Part shown: positions 1 to 9,485 of the stretch, piece by piece
Numbering within the stretch: the first letter of the stretch is position 1
How the letters are laid out: each line of letters opens with the position of its first letter
Assembly: GCA_037142615.1 (NCBI GenBank)
Contig: JBAXAI010000010.1
Location: 61,939-85,938 of the forward strand
Reading direction: 5' to 3'
Origin: Spirochaetales bacterium
GTDB taxonomy: Bacteria; Spirochaetota; Spirochaetia; JABEVK01
DNA length: 24,000 nt
Position numbers and translations under genes: made by a program
Notes under the pieces: generated by a model
Seen by the model: only the letters and a program-made list of their open reading frames with translations
What the model was told of the DNA's origin: nothing
Database searches by the model: none

Positions 1-33
1 GCAGGTCAAATTGCATCGGGTCCCCCTTGGACG

Positions 34-1305
34 CTATCGCTTGGAAAGCACCTCGCTCTCGTATTTGTCGCTGACGTTGATCCAGCTGGCTCCCGTGGGC
101 ACGCTGGCGTCGAGGCACAATTTATCCCACACGGCGCTCAGAGGCAGGTTTTTCAGTTCTTCCATCAAGGCCAAGCGGGCACCAAAACGGCCGGCGGCTT
201 CTTCGTCCTTGAGGAGGGCCGAAGGTTCGAGCAGGGCGCTGAGCATGGCTTTGCGGGCGGCGCGGGCGCCGATGGTCCAGGCCATGATGCGGTTGATGCT
301 GGCGTCGAAAAAGTCGAGCCCGACGGCGACGCGGTTCCAGGCTCCGGCCCGCTGGATTTCGGTGAACACGGCCTGCACGTCGTCGTTGTACGTCACCACG
401 TGGTCACTGTCCCAACGCAGGCCGCGGCTGACGTGCAGCAGTAACCCGGGAACGAAGGGCAGCATGCCGGGGATTTTGTCGGCGATGGTTTCGGTGGGGT
501 GAAAGTGCCCCATGTCGAGCGTCAGGGCCATTTTGTTCTGCACCGCGTAGCCCATGTAGAACTCGTGGCTGCCCACGACGTAGGCCTCGCTGCCGATGCC
601 GAAGAGCTTGCATTCCACGGCGTCGAGCAGTTGGCTGGCGGGGAACTTTTCGGCGAACATCGCGTCGAGCGAGTCCTTGAGGCGCAGGCGTGGGCTCAGG
701 CGGTCGGCCGGCAGGTCTTTGGTGCCATCGGGGATCCAGACGTTGTTCGACGCGGGCGCTCCGGTGGCCTTGCCCATGGCGGCGGCGATGCGGCGGCTCT
801 GGATGCCGTGGCGGATCCAAAACTCGCGGGTAGCCTTGTCGGCGGCCGACAGCGTGCCGTGGTCGGCCTTGGGGTGGCTGAAAAAGCTGGGGTTGAAGTC
901 AAGGCCGAGCTTGGCCTTTTGCGCCCAGGCGATCCAGTTGGCAAAGTGCTCGGGGCCCAGCTCGTCGCGGGCGATCTTTTTGCCGTTGGTTTCGGCGTAC
1001 AGCGCGTGGACGCTGATCTTCTTGGCGCCGGGGATGAGGCTGGAAGCCAGCGCGAGGTCGGCGCGCAGCTGCTCGGCATTGCGGGCCTTGCCGGGGTAGT
1101 TGCCGGTGGCCAAAATGCCACCCGTGAGCGCCTGGTCGGCGTTTTCGAACCCGGTGACGTCGTCACCCTGCCAGCAATGCAGGCTCAGCGGTACAGCCGA
1201 GGCCTGCGCGACGGCACCGTCGGTATCGACTCCGAGCAGGGCAAAGGCCTGCTTGGCGGCGGCATAGTTGGCGTTGACTTGGTCTTTCGAAAGGGACTTG
1301 TACAT
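34..1305 (-). CDS. rhaA: L-rhamnose isomerase
   Basis: 423-aa ORF with ATG at 1305 preceded by AAGGAG. Collinear over nearly its full length with E. coli RhaA as recalled: LSLHCWQGDDVTGFE, TGNYPGKARN, KLFGIGSE..VVGSHEFYMGYA, LDMGHFHPTE, LLLHVSR..RWDSDHVV, GLDFFDASINRI.AW, ALLEP. Confidence 0.93.
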   Translation of the reverse strand: MYKSLSKDQVNANYAAAKQAFALLGVDTDGAVAQASAVPLSLHCWQGDDVTGFENADQALTGGILATGNYPGKARNAEQLRADLALASSLIPGAKKISVHALYAETNGKKIARDELGPEHFANWIAWAQKAKLGLDFNPSFFSHPKADHGTLSAADKATREFWIRHGIQSRRIAAAMGKATGAPASNNVWIPDGTKDLPADRLSPRLRLKDSLDAMFAEKFPASQLLDAVECKLFGIGSEAYVVGSHEFYMGYAVQNKMALTLDMGHFHPTETIADKIPGMLPFVPGLLLHVSRGLRWDSDHVVTYNDDVQAVFTEIQRAGAWNRVAVGLDFFDASINRIMAWTIGARAARKAMLSALLEPSALLKDEEAAGRFGARLALMEELKNLPLSAVWDKLCLDASVPTGASWINVSDKYESEVLSKR

Positions 1306-1326
1306 GGGGAACTCCTTGTTTGAAAA

Positions 1327-2460
1327 CTACTTGCTACTAACCGAACTTCTGAACGCTTCGACTTCCCAGCTGACGATAAAATCGATGGCGGGCTTGGTCA
1401 TAAAAAGGGGGCCGCCGAAAGAGGGGCTGGCCACGGCGATCTGAACGGCGTCGAGGAGCAGTTGTTGGGCCTGCCCAGCGGCCTTGGCGTTGGGGCCGAG
1501 GCAAAACCCGCCCAAGCCTTTGGCCAGCACGGCTCGCGGGGCTTTGCCGTACTTTTGTTTGTAGTCGGCAAAGGCGCGCGGAAGCTCGCCCACCGCATCG
1601 ACCCGCACGGGTGACACCCCCATATAAACGATGTGGTCGGGGGTAAAGGCCGACGACAGCGGCCCAAACGCCGCTTCGCTTTCGGCCAGCGCCAGCACCG
1701 ACTTGGCCGTTGACCGGGCGACAAACGCCACCTCGGTGCCGAGTTCTTGCCTCGCCAAGGGGGCCAGGGCCTGCAAAAAGGCGATTTCGGCCAAGGCGTC
1801 AACGCCGGCGGGGGTCAGGTCGGCCTTGAACTTGAGCTCGCGTTCCAGATCGGCCAGCAATGTGCGGTAGGTATCGCGGATCTCGGCAGGCGAATTGCCG
1901 GCCACCACAAGGCCGTGGTTCTGCAAAAAGATCACCGAAGGCGCCTTCCCGTGGGCCTTTTGGTAGGCCTCGAGGGCATCCTTGACGACCTTGGACAGCA
2001 CGTAGCCCGGGTCGACGAGCGGGATCCACACCGCCACGGCACCAAACAGACGGTCGAACGCCGCCTTGCCGTTTTGCCCGCAGGTGAGCGCGTTGACGAG
2101 GGTCGGGTGCGTGTGCACCACGTAGGTGAAAGGCAGCATGTCGTGCAGCAGGGTCTCGACGCTGGGGCGTTTAGCCTCTTCGCCGGGCAACCGCGCGGCC
2201 ATCAGGCACTCGAGCACCTGCTTTTCGCGCAAAGCCGTGTCGGCCGAAAAACTTTGGGTCCACAGCGCGGCCAGCGCGGCGCGGTCCATTTTCACAAAGC
2301 CTTGTTCGCCGATGGTGCCAAGCGCCTGGCCCGAGCCCTTGACCCATAGCGTGGTCTTGGTCTTGTACGAGGTGTTGCCGCCACCAGCGATCACGTACTC
2401 GGTCCGGGTGCCGTAGTGATTCGAGAGGGCGATCAGGCCCTCGAGTTCTTGACTCATCAT
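1327..2460 (-). CDS. Class II aldolase/adducin-family protein; probable L-rhamnulose-1-phosphate (and possibly L-fuculose-1-phosphate) aldolase of the RhaE type, stand-alone
   Basis: 377-aa ORF 21 bp upstream of rhaA on the same strand. Motifs match the N-terminal aldolase half of bifunctional RhaEW/YuxG-type proteins: GGGNTSYKT, WVKGSG, RPSVETLLH..LP...VVHTHP, DPGYVLSK, LQNHGLVVAG. No C-terminal short-chain dehydrogenase half is present. Confidence 0.7.
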   Translation of the reverse strand: MMSQELEGLIALSNHYGTRTEYVIAGGGNTSYKTKTTLWVKGSGQALGTIGEQGFVKMDRAALAALWTQSFSADTALREKQVLECLMAARLPGEEAKRPSVETLLHDMLPFTYVVHTHPTLVNALTCGQNGKAAFDRLFGAVAVWIPLVDPGYVLSKVVKDALEAYQKAHGKAPSVIFLQNHGLVVAGNSPAEIRDTYRTLLADLERELKFKADLTPAGVDALAEIAFLQALAPLARQELGTEVAFVARSTAKSVLALAESEAAFGPLSSAFTPDHIVYMGVSPVRVDAVGELPRAFADYKQKYGKAPRAVLAKGLGGFCLGPNAKAAGQAQQLLLDAVQIAVASPSFGGPLFMTKPAIDFIVSWEVEAFRSSVSSK

Positions 2461-2546
2461 GCGCTCATGCTAAGCCCACTCGCCCCGGACGGCCATGGAC
2501 ATTCCTCACGAAGCTCATGCACTTTTGTGCGAGCCATTGGTGGGGC

Positions 2547-2576
2547 AAAAAAAAGGGCCGCCCCGAAGGACGGCCC
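2547..2576 (-). terminator. Rho-independent terminator downstream of the ABC binding-protein gene
   Basis: The minus-strand RNA reads GGGCCGUCC-UUCG-GGGCGGCCC, a 9-bp stem with one G.U pair and a UUCG tetraloop. It is followed directly by U8 (plus-strand A8 at 2547-2554) and starts 23 nt after the stop at 2600. Confidence 0.65.
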
Positions 2577-2599
2577 CAAAGTGTCAGCTCAGCTTCGAA

Positions 2600-3538
2600 T
2601 CAATCGTACAGCAGGGGAGCCAGGTCGGGCGAGTCGATGTTGGTCTTGTCGTACCACTTGAAGCCGGTGTCGGTGACCTTGGGAAGGTAAACACCCTTGA
2701 CGGCCATGAAGGCGGACATCACGGTCTTGTAGCCCATGCCCACGGGGTCTTGGGTAATGGCGCCGTACTCAGCACCGGAGCGGATCGCATCTTTCTGCTG
2801 CTTGCCAGCGTCGTAACCGATGACGATGACCTTGGTGCGCTTCATTTCCTTGACGCCGTTGAGCACGCCGATGATGGAGCCTTCGTTGGCACCAAAGAAG
2901 CCCTTCAGGTTGGGGTAGGCCTGGAGAATCGACTTGGCGATGTCGGTCGACTTCAGCTGGTCACCACCACCGTACTGAACCGAAACAACCTTGATGTTGG
3001 GGTACTTCTTCATGCCCAGCAGGAACCCGTCGCGGCGGTCGATACCGGTGCGGCTGGTCTGGTCATGCACGATCACGGCGACTTCACCAGCGTTGCCGAT
3101 GGCCTTGGCCATCATGTCGGCGGCGAGGCCGGCGGCGGCGATGTTGTCGGTGGTACAGGTGGTCAACGGAATGTCGGAATCGACACCGGAGTCAAACGCG
3201 ATCACGGGAATACCGGCGGCCTGGGCCTTCTTCAGCAAGGGAATGGCGGCCTTGCTGTCGACTGCGGCGAAACCAATGGCGGTAGGCTTCTTGGCAATGG
3301 CGGCGGCGAGCTGGTCCATTTGCTTGTCAACCATGGCTTCCGTCTCGGGGCCTTCGAAGGTGATGGTGATGCCCAAGTCCTTGCCGGCTCTTTCGGCGCC
3401 GAGTTGGACAGCCTTCCAGAACTGGTGCTGGAATCCCTTCGAAACCAAGGGAACGTACATCGTCTCGGCGCTGACAACCGCGCTGGACAGAACCAAGGAC
3501 AGGATGGTCAGAATCGTGAACAATTTCTTGCTCTTCAT
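2600..3538 (-). CDS. Periplasmic monosaccharide-binding protein of a CUT2 ABC transporter (RbsB/RhaS-like); substrate probably L-rhamnose or L-fucose by context
   Basis: 312-aa ORF with a GGAGG SD. N-terminal signal peptide MKSKKLFTILTILSLVLSSAVVSA|E with no lipobox Cys. Type I periplasmic binding fold pattern: VSKGFQHQFW, IAFDSGV, GEVAVI.HDQTS.TG..R..GF, VIGYDAG. Confidence 0.85.
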   Translation of the reverse strand: MKSKKLFTILTILSLVLSSAVVSAETMYVPLVSKGFQHQFWKAVQLGAERAGKDLGITITFEGPETEAMVDKQMDQLAAAIAKKPTAIGFAAVDSKAAIPLLKKAQAAGIPVIAFDSGVDSDIPLTTCTTDNIAAAGLAADMMAKAIGNAGEVAVIVHDQTSRTGIDRRDGFLLGMKKYPNIKVVSVQYGGGDQLKSTDIAKSILQAYPNLKGFFGANEGSIIGVLNGVKEMKRTKVIVIGYDAGKQQKDAIRSGAEYGAITQDPVGMGYKTVMSAFMAVKGVYLPKVTDTGFKWYDKTNIDSPDLAPLLYD

Positions 3539-3608
3539 ACAAATACCTCCAAACTATTTCCCCCCTCCATACGGAAGGGTTTGAACACAACTTGAACGCG
3601 GTGGCGAA

Positions 3609-4613
3609 CTACTTTCGCCGCCGAAGGATATCGGCGTACACCGCGAAGATGACGATGAGCCCCGTCACCGTGATCTGCCATTCCTGCGGCACCGACAGGA
3701 TGCGCAGCCCGTTGATGAGCACGCTCATGATGAACGCGCCGATCACGGTGCCCAGAATGGTTCCCTCTCCACCGGCCAGCGACACGCCGCCGATGACGGC
3801 CGCCGCGATGGCGTCGAGCTCATAGCCCTGGCCCAGGGCCGGCTGGGCCGAGTTCAGCCGCGACGAGATGAGGATGCCCGCCACACCGACGATGGCACCG
3901 GCCAAGGTGTAGATGCCGATCTTCCAGCGGTCCACGTTGACACCCGAGAGCCGCACGGCTTCCTCGTTGCTGCCCAGGGCGAAGGTGTAGCGGCCCAGAG
4001 CCGTCTTGTTCAGGATGAAGCCAGCGACCAAGGCCACGCCGAAAAAGATCAGCACCGCGTTGGGAATAACCAGATTGGGCACGAAGGCACTGAGGTCGAT
4101 CACGGAGCCCATGGAAATCCAGTTGTACTCTTCCGTGTCGTTGAAATAGATGGGCTTGGTGCCCGAGATGACCAGTGAGAGCCCCTTGGCGACGAGCATC
4201 ATGCCCAGCGTGGCGATGAAGGGAGGGATTTTGAGCTTGGCGATGAGCACGCCGTTGAGGGCACCCACCAGCGAGCCGATAACTAGACCCGCGATCACGC
4301 CCAGCCAGACAGGCAGGCCCAGGTAGGTGATGATCACTCCGACCATGACGGCGCAGAAGGTCATCACGGTACCGATCGATAGGTCGATGCCGCTGGTGAT
4401 GATGACAAAAGTGACCCCGATTCCCAGCACGCCGGCGACGGCAGTGGACAGCATGATGGAGATCAGGTTCTCGGTCTGGAAGAAGTTGGGCGAGGCAAAC
4501 GAAAAGATGATCAACATCGCCACGAGGCTGGCAAAGGCCAGAATCTTCTGCGTGGCGTTGGCACCGTAGGTCACGGGTTTCTTGGTACTAAGCGGGGTCG
4601 GTGTCTGTGACAT
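3609..4613 (-). CDS. Sugar ABC transporter permease (RbsC/branched-chain family, CUT2)
   Basis: 334-aa highly hydrophobic ORF with multiple TM segments. RbsC-like stretches [36 protein letters not shown]. Sits between the ATPase and binding-protein genes. Confidence 0.85.
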   Translation of the reverse strand: MSQTPTPLSTKKPVTYGANATQKILAFASLVAMLIIFSFASPNFFQTENLISIMLSTAVAGVLGIGVTFVIITSGIDLSIGTVMTFCAVMVGVIITYLGLPVWLGVIAGLVIGSLVGALNGVLIAKLKIPPFIATLGMMLVAKGLSLVISGTKPIYFNDTEEYNWISMGSVIDLSAFVPNLVIPNAVLIFFGVALVAGFILNKTALGRYTFALGSNEEAVRLSGVNVDRWKIGIYTLAGAIVGVAGILISSRLNSAQPALGQGYELDAIAAAVIGGVSLAGGEGTILGTVIGAFIMSVLINGLRILSVPQEWQITVTGLIVIFAVYADILRRRK

Positions 4614-4626
4614 GGAAAATCCTTTC

Positions 4627-6156
4627 TTAACTCGAAATCGTTTCTCGCGCCGTGGCGAGCTTCATGATGTTTTCTTGGGTAATCTCGGAACCCGAGAGCT
4701 CGCCAGTGATCCGGCCTTCGCACATGACCAACACGCGGTGGCACAAGCGCACCACTTCCGGCAGTTCCGACGAAATCAAAATCAGCGTCTTGCCGTCTTC
4801 GACCAGCTTGTTGAGCAGTTTGTAGATTTCAAACTTGGCCCCCACGTCGATGCCCCGGGTGGGTTCGTCAAAAATCAGCACTTCGCTGTCGCGGACAATC
4901 CATTTGGCGATAATGACCTTCTGCTGGTTGCCGCCGGAAAGGAACTTCACCGTCTGCGAAAGGCTGGGGGTCTTGATGGCCAGCGAGTCCACGTACTGGG
5001 CCCCGATTCGCGAAGTCTCTTTGTTCTTGATCAAACCGGCCCAGTTGCAGAACCGTCCCAGGCTGGCAAGCACGATGTTGGTCTCCACATCCATGCCGAC
5101 GGCCAAACCAAAGCGCTTGCGGTCTTCTGAAAGGTAACCGATGCCGTGGCCCACGGCGTCCTGCGGCTGCTTGATGGTGACCTTTTTGCCCTTGACGAAG
5201 ATCTCGCCGGTTTCGAAGGGGTCAGCGCCAAACACGGCCCGGGCGACTTCGGTGCGGCCGGCGCCCATGAGGCCGGCAAAGCCCAGAATCTCGCCCTTGC
5301 GGACCTGGAAGTTCACGTTCTTGATGGCGCGGCCGCGATTGAGGTTTTTTACCTCGAGCAGAATCTTGTCGCTGGCGATTTTGGACTCGGGCCTTACCAT
5401 TTCGTCGAGTTGGCGGCCCACCATCATGTTGATAATCTGCTCAAGCTCGACGTCGGCGGCCCGCACGGTGTCGATGTAGGTGCCGTCGCGCATGACGGTG
5501 ACGCGGTCGCTGATCTTCTTGATTTCGTCCATGCGGTGGCTGATGTACACAATGGCCACGCCGGTGGACTTGAGCTGGCGGATGATGCGGAACAGCTCCT
5601 CGATCTCTTTGTCGTTGAGGGCGGCGGTAGGCTCATCCATGATCAGCAGGTGCGAGTCGTGGCTCAAGGCCTTCACGATCTCGATCATCTGCTGCTTGGC
5701 GACCACCAGGTCCATCACCCTCACCCGGGGGTCAAGGTCGATCTTGATCTGGTCAAACAGCTTCTGGGTCTTGGCGTTGAGGGTCTTCTCATCGAGCACC
5801 ATGCCACCCCACATGCGGGGCTCGCGGCCGATGAAAATGTTCTGCGCGGCCGTCAGGTGCTGCATCAGGTTGAGTTCCTGATGGATGATGCCGATGCCGA
5901 GTTTTTGGGCGGCGCGGGGGCTGGAACTGTCGATGGACTTGCCCTCGAAGGTGATCGTTCCCGAGTCCTTGGTGTACACGCCAGCGAGGATCTTCATCAG
6001 CGTCGACTTGCCGGCCCCGTTTTCACCGAGCAGGGCATGAACCTCGCCCCGGCGCACATCAAACCTGACGTTGTTGAGGGCCAACACACCGGGGAAAGAT
6101 TTGTGGATGCCTTCCATGCGCAGCAAAACATCGTCGTTGGTCGCAGAATCACTCAT
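4627..6156 (-). CDS. Sugar ABC transporter ATP-binding protein with fused double ATPase (RbsA-type, CUT2)
   Basis: 509-aa ORF. First half has Walker [10 protein letters not shown], signature-region [10 protein letters not shown] and Walker [12 protein letters not shown]. Second half has the degenerate Walker [19 protein letters not shown] and [15 protein letters not shown], typical of RbsA/MglA/XylG-type proteins. Confidence 0.9.
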   Translation of the reverse strand: MSDSATNDDVLLRMEGIHKSFPGVLALNNVRFDVRRGEVHALLGENGAGKSTLMKILAGVYTKDSGTITFEGKSIDSSSPRAAQKLGIGIIHQELNLMQHLTAAQNIFIGREPRMWGGMVLDEKTLNAKTQKLFDQIKIDLDPRVRVMDLVVAKQQMIEIVKALSHDSHLLIMDEPTAALNDKEIEELFRIIRQLKSTGVAIVYISHRMDEIKKISDRVTVMRDGTYIDTVRAADVELEQIINMMVGRQLDEMVRPESKIASDKILLEVKNLNRGRAIKNVNFQVRKGEILGFAGLMGAGRTEVARAVFGADPFETGEIFVKGKKVTIKQPQDAVGHGIGYLSEDRKRFGLAVGMDVETNIVLASLGRFCNWAGLIKNKETSRIGAQYVDSLAIKTPSLSQTVKFLSGGNQQKVIIAKWIVRDSEVLIFDEPTRGIDVGAKFEIYKLLNKLVEDGKTLILISSELPEVVRLCHRVLVMCEGRITGELSGSEITQENIMKLATARETISS

Positions 6157-6194
6157 GGGCTCATCGTGGGGCCGTTCCCGGAATCCGCAAATCC

Positions 6195-6248
6195 AAAATC
6201 CGGCACAGAGTGTTTAAAATCCGGCGCGCGGGAACCCCATGCTATACT
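6195..6248. promoter_or_regulatory. Phased direct repeats (candidate AraC-type response-regulator binding site) plus a -10-like TATACT in the divergent transporter/sensor intergenic region
   Basis: Exact 10-mer AAAATCCGGC at 6195-6204 and 6216-6225, 21 bp centre to centre. Further AATCC cores start at 6182 and 6190. The proximal copy ends at 6225, 17 nt before TATACT (6243-6248), so it occupies the -35 position of a plus-strand promoter. The ATG of the response regulator is at 6259. Confidence 0.4.
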
Positions 6249-6258
6249 TCACGATGCC

Positions 6259-7770
6259 ATGAGCGATACCACCTACACTGTTCTGATGGTCGATGACGAG
6301 GAACTGATCCGCCGCGGCTTCCAGGCGAAAGTCCCTTGGACAGACTTGGGCTTCGAGTTTTGGGAGCCTTGCGTCGATGGTCGCCAAGCCCTCGCCACGT
6401 TCGCCAACCGCCGCCCCGATGTTCTGATCACCGACATCAACATGCCTCATGTAGACGGTCTGGAACTCTGCCGCCTGGTCAACACGCAGTACCCGGAGGT
6501 TCTGCTGGTCGTGTTGTCGGGCTTCGACGACTTCGAGTACGCCCGCACAGCCCTTCGCTACCGGGTGTGGGACTACATCCTCAAGCCCTTGAACGTGGAA
6601 GACCTGAAGCTTTTTCTGGGCAGGCTCCGGGGTGAACTTGAAGCCCGGCGCACCGCCGCCCGCGCGGGTACCGAAGCCTTGGGCCTGCATCTGCTCCGGG
6701 GTTCGGTTCCCGAGACCCTGTTGCCGGAAGCCTACCGGAGGCTGGGCGAAACGTTCGCCGACCGGGTGTGGGCCTGTTGCCACCTGGAAACCTCGTGGGG
6801 AGGCGATCTGGCCGCGCTGTCGGGCGTCCCTGGCGAGGAGGCGCCGGTGGTCGTGGGCCTCGAAGCCCCACCGCACGGCGTCTTTCGCCGCTGGAAGCTT
6901 TTGTATCACGCCACCGACGCCGCAGCGGCCAAGCGCGTGGCCTACTTCGGATCGCGCCGCCTGGTTCAGGAGTTGCGCCGCCAGACAGAATGGGCCGTGG
7001 CCGCGCTGGCTCCCGCAGTGAAGGGCATCGCCAACCTGCCTGCGGCCTCGCACGAAGCCGAGGAAGGGCTGGTGTTGCGCTTTGTGCTCGACGACGAAGT
7101 GTACCAGCCCTCGTCGGTCGACAAGTCGGTCCCCGTGGGCCTGGATGCGTTTCCGGACTCGTTCCGCACCGCGCTGACCTCGGTGTCGATGGACGATCTG
7201 GGGTTGCTCGTGTCGCGCTTCGAGTCGGCCCTGCGTCGCGCGCCGGCCTCGCCCCGACGCCTGTCGGACGAACTTCAGGCTGTGTTCACCACGGTGGCCG
7301 ATTTGCATCCTTCGCCCGAGGAAGTCGATGATCTTCGCTCATCCTCGCTGGCCCGCGACACCAGCGACCTGTGCCGCCGTCTGGAAACCCTGTGCCGCCG
7401 CGTCAAACAGCGCTTGGACCTGGAAAGCTCACCCTTGGCCGACCAAAAGGTGAGGGAGTTTCAGGCCCTTCTGGACCGCCGCTTTGCCGAACCGCAACTG
7501 GGCATCGACGAGGTCAGCCGTGAGCTGGCGTTGAGCCCGAGCTACCTCACCAAATTGCTGCGCAAAAAGCTGGGGCGAAGTTTTCTGGACTGCCTGACCG
7601 AGGCGCGGATGAACTCGGCCCGCCACCTGCTGGCTTCCACCAACATGATGACGTACGAAATTGCCGAAAAGTCGGGCTTTTCCGACTCGCGCTACTTCAG
7701 TTCGGCGTTCAAGAAGAACAACGGCAACACTCCCTCGGAGTTTCGCGCCAAGCGCAGGGAGAACCGATGA
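6259..7770 (+). CDS. Two-component response regulator, REC domain + C-terminal AraC-type HTH (YesN-like)
   Basis: In-frame ATG at 6259 inside the 874-aa track ORF; the upstream part of that ORF is antisense to the ATPase gene. N-terminus VLMVDDEELIRRG...DVLITDINMPHVDGLEL...VVLSGFDDFEYA...DYILKP is a receiver domain. C-terminus LSPSYLTKLLRKKLG.SF...R...A..LL.ST....YEIAEKSGFSDSRYFSSAFKK..G.TPSEFR is an AraC HTH. Confidence 0.87.
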   Translation: MSDTTYTVLMVDDEELIRRGFQAKVPWTDLGFEFWEPCVDGRQALATFANRRPDVLITDINMPHVDGLELCRLVNTQYPEVLLVVLSGFDDFEYARTALRYRVWDYILKPLNVEDLKLFLGRLRGELEARRTAARAGTEALGLHLLRGSVPETLLPEAYRRLGETFADRVWACCHLETSWGGDLAALSGVPGEEAPVVVGLEAPPHGVFRRWKLLYHATDAAAAKRVAYFGSRRLVQELRRQTEWAVAALAPAVKGIANLPAASHEAEEGLVLRFVLDDEVYQPSSVDKSVPVGLDAFPDSFRTALTSVSMDDLGLLVSRFESALRRAPASPRRLSDELQAVFTTVADLHPSPEEVDDLRSSSLARDTSDLCRRLETLCRRVKQRLDLESSPLADQKVREFQALLDRRFAEPQLGIDEVSRELALSPSYLTKLLRKKLGRSFLDCLTEARMNSARHLLASTNMMTYEIAEKSGFSDSRYFSSAFKKNNGNTPSEFRAKRRENR

Positions 7771-9485
7771 AGCCCCGCAGCATCCGGACGAGTTTGATCC
7801 TGTCGTTCACGCTGGTGGTGGTGCTCAGCATTCTCATTCTGGGACTGTCGTCGGGCCTGGTGTTTCAGAAGAATCTGCTCGACAACAACCAGTCGTCGAC
7901 CCTGCAGCTGGTCGGTCAGCTCAACCGCGTTCTCGACGGCTACATCGGCTACATGGAAGACCTGGTGCTGGTGGCGTCGGGAAACAGCGATGTGAGGGCT
8001 TACCTGGAAAGCCCGGCGGAAGACCCGGTGCTGCGCGCACGGGTTTCGGTGTTTCTGAAGAACCTGCGGACGGTGCGACGCGACATCGACTCGGTGTTCG
8101 TGGTCCGGTCCCCCAACGAAATCCTCACCTCGGAGGCCAACGTCGGCCTCAACCCCTTTTTGGACCAGCGGCAGCTGGAGTGGTACCTCCCCTACCTCAA
8201 GACGAACTCGAGCATCGCGGTCTCGTCAGCACGGGTCGAGAACCTGCTGGCTGACCGCTACACCTGGGTGGTGTCGCTGGCGCGCCCGTCGCCCGACCAG
8301 AAGATCGTTCAGGTCGACCTCAACTACGCTGTCATCCGCGACCTGTGCAAGGCCCTGCAACTCGGGCGCACGGGCTACGTCTATATCGTGAACTCCAACG
8401 GCGACCTCGTGTACCACCCGCGCCAGCAACTGGTATATTCCAAAATCCGCGAAGAAAAGACCTCCGAAGTGCTGGCCATGAAAAATGGCACGCTCACCAC
8501 CCAGGTGGGCGACCGCACGGTGGTGTACACGGCGGCCACCTCGACGCACACGGGCTGGACGGTAGTGGGCGTCTCGTTTCTAGATGAGGTGTTTTCATCG
8601 AGCCGCGACGTGTTTACCACCACCTCGCTGATTGCCCTGGGGAGTCTGCTCGTGGCGATCCTGCTGGCGTGGCTGGTGTCGCGGCGCATTTCGGCGCCCA
8701 TCGAGGAACTGCGGCGGTCGATGCAAAAAATCGAAACCGGCGACTTTGACATCGAAATCTCGGTGCAGGCCGACAACGAACTGACGCAGTTGGCGAATGA
8801 CTGCAACCTGGCGATCAAGACCATCCGCGAGCTCATGCTCGACAACGAGCGGGAGCAGGAAAACAAACGCCGCCAGGACCTGTTGTTGTTGCAGTCGCAG
8901 ATCAACCCCCACTTTCTGTACAACACCCTCGACTCCATCGTGTGGATGTGCGAAATGGAAGACGGCCCGGGGGCCATCAAGATGACCACGGCGCTGGCCA
9001 AGTTCTTCCGTTTGGGCATCAGCCGGGGTTCCGACATCCTGACACTCAAGGACGAGGCGGGGCACGTGGAGTCGTACCTGCAGATCCAAAAGATGCGCTA
9101 CGGCGACAAGTTCGAGTACAGCATCAAAATCGACGACGGCATCCGCGAGGCGCTGATGTTGCGCCTGTTGCTGCAGCCGTTGGTGGAAAACGCCCTGTAC
9201 CACGGCATCAAACCCAAGGAAGGGCCCGGTCGCATCGAAGTGTTGGGCCACCGTGAAGGGGCCAATCTGATGCTGACCATCCGCGACGACGGGGTGGGAA
9301 TGAGCTCGGTAGCCCTGGAACGCCTGCAGAATCCCGGCAGCCAAGTCCACATCGGCCTGGAAAACGTGCAGGAACGCATCCGCATCTTTTACGGCACCGA
9401 AGGGGGGCTCGAGGTGAACAGCACGCCGGGCAAGGGCACGGAAGTCCGCCTTACCCTGCCCTTTTTGACCACGGAGTTGTCATGA
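7767..9485 (+). CDS. Sensor histidine kinase, YesM/LytS-type (extracytoplasmic sensor domain, HAMP, His_kinase PF06580-type, HATPase)
   Basis: 572-aa ORF whose start overlaps the regulator stop (ATGA). TM1 LILSFTLVVVLSILILGL, an extracytoplasmic region of about 270 aa, then TM2 LIALGSLLVAILLAWLV followed by HAMP. LLLQSQINPHFLYNTLDSI is the hallmark of the LytS/YehU-type dimerisation/phospho-acceptor domain. ATPase boxes LQPLVENALYHG and DDGVGM. Confidence 0.87.
   Translation: MKPRSIRTSLILSFTLVVVLSILILGLSSGLVFQKNLLDNNQSSTLQLVGQLNRVLDGYIGYMEDLVLVASGNSDVRAYLESPAEDPVLRARVSVFLKNLRTVRRDIDSVFVVRSPNEILTSEANVGLNPFLDQRQLEWYLPYLKTNSSIAVSSARVENLLADRYTWVVSLARPSPDQKIVQVDLNYAVIRDLCKALQLGRTGYVYIVNSNGDLVYHPRQQLVYSKIREEKTSEVLAMKNGTLTTQVGDRTVVYTAATSTHTGWTVVGVSFLDEVFSSSRDVFTTTSLIALGSLLVAILLAWLVSRRISAPIEELRRSMQKIETGDFDIEISVQADNELTQLANDCNLAIKTIRELMLDNEREQENKRRQDLLLLQSQINPHFLYNTLDSIVWMCEMEDGPGAIKMTTALAKFFRLGISRGSDILTLKDEAGHVESYLQIQKMRYGDKFEYSIKIDDGIREALMLRLLLQPLVENALYHGIKPKEGPGRIEVLGHREGANLMLTIRDDGVGMSSVALERLQNPGSQVHIGLENVQERIRIFYGTEGGLEVNSTPGKGTEVRLTLPFLTTELS

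Noticed and set aside
3539-3608. Small hairpin (CCCTTCC-GTAT-GGAGGG on the minus strand) between the permease and binding-protein genes
   Set aside because: The stem is only about 6 bp and includes a G.U pair, with no U-tract. It may at most be an mRNA-stability element, and the evidence is too weak to call a feature.
5146-6258. N-terminal 371 codons of the 874-aa plus-strand ORF
   Set aside because: This part is antisense to the ABC ATPase gene and has shadow-ORF composition. The receiver domain begins at the in-frame ATG at 6259, immediately after the real intergenic region.
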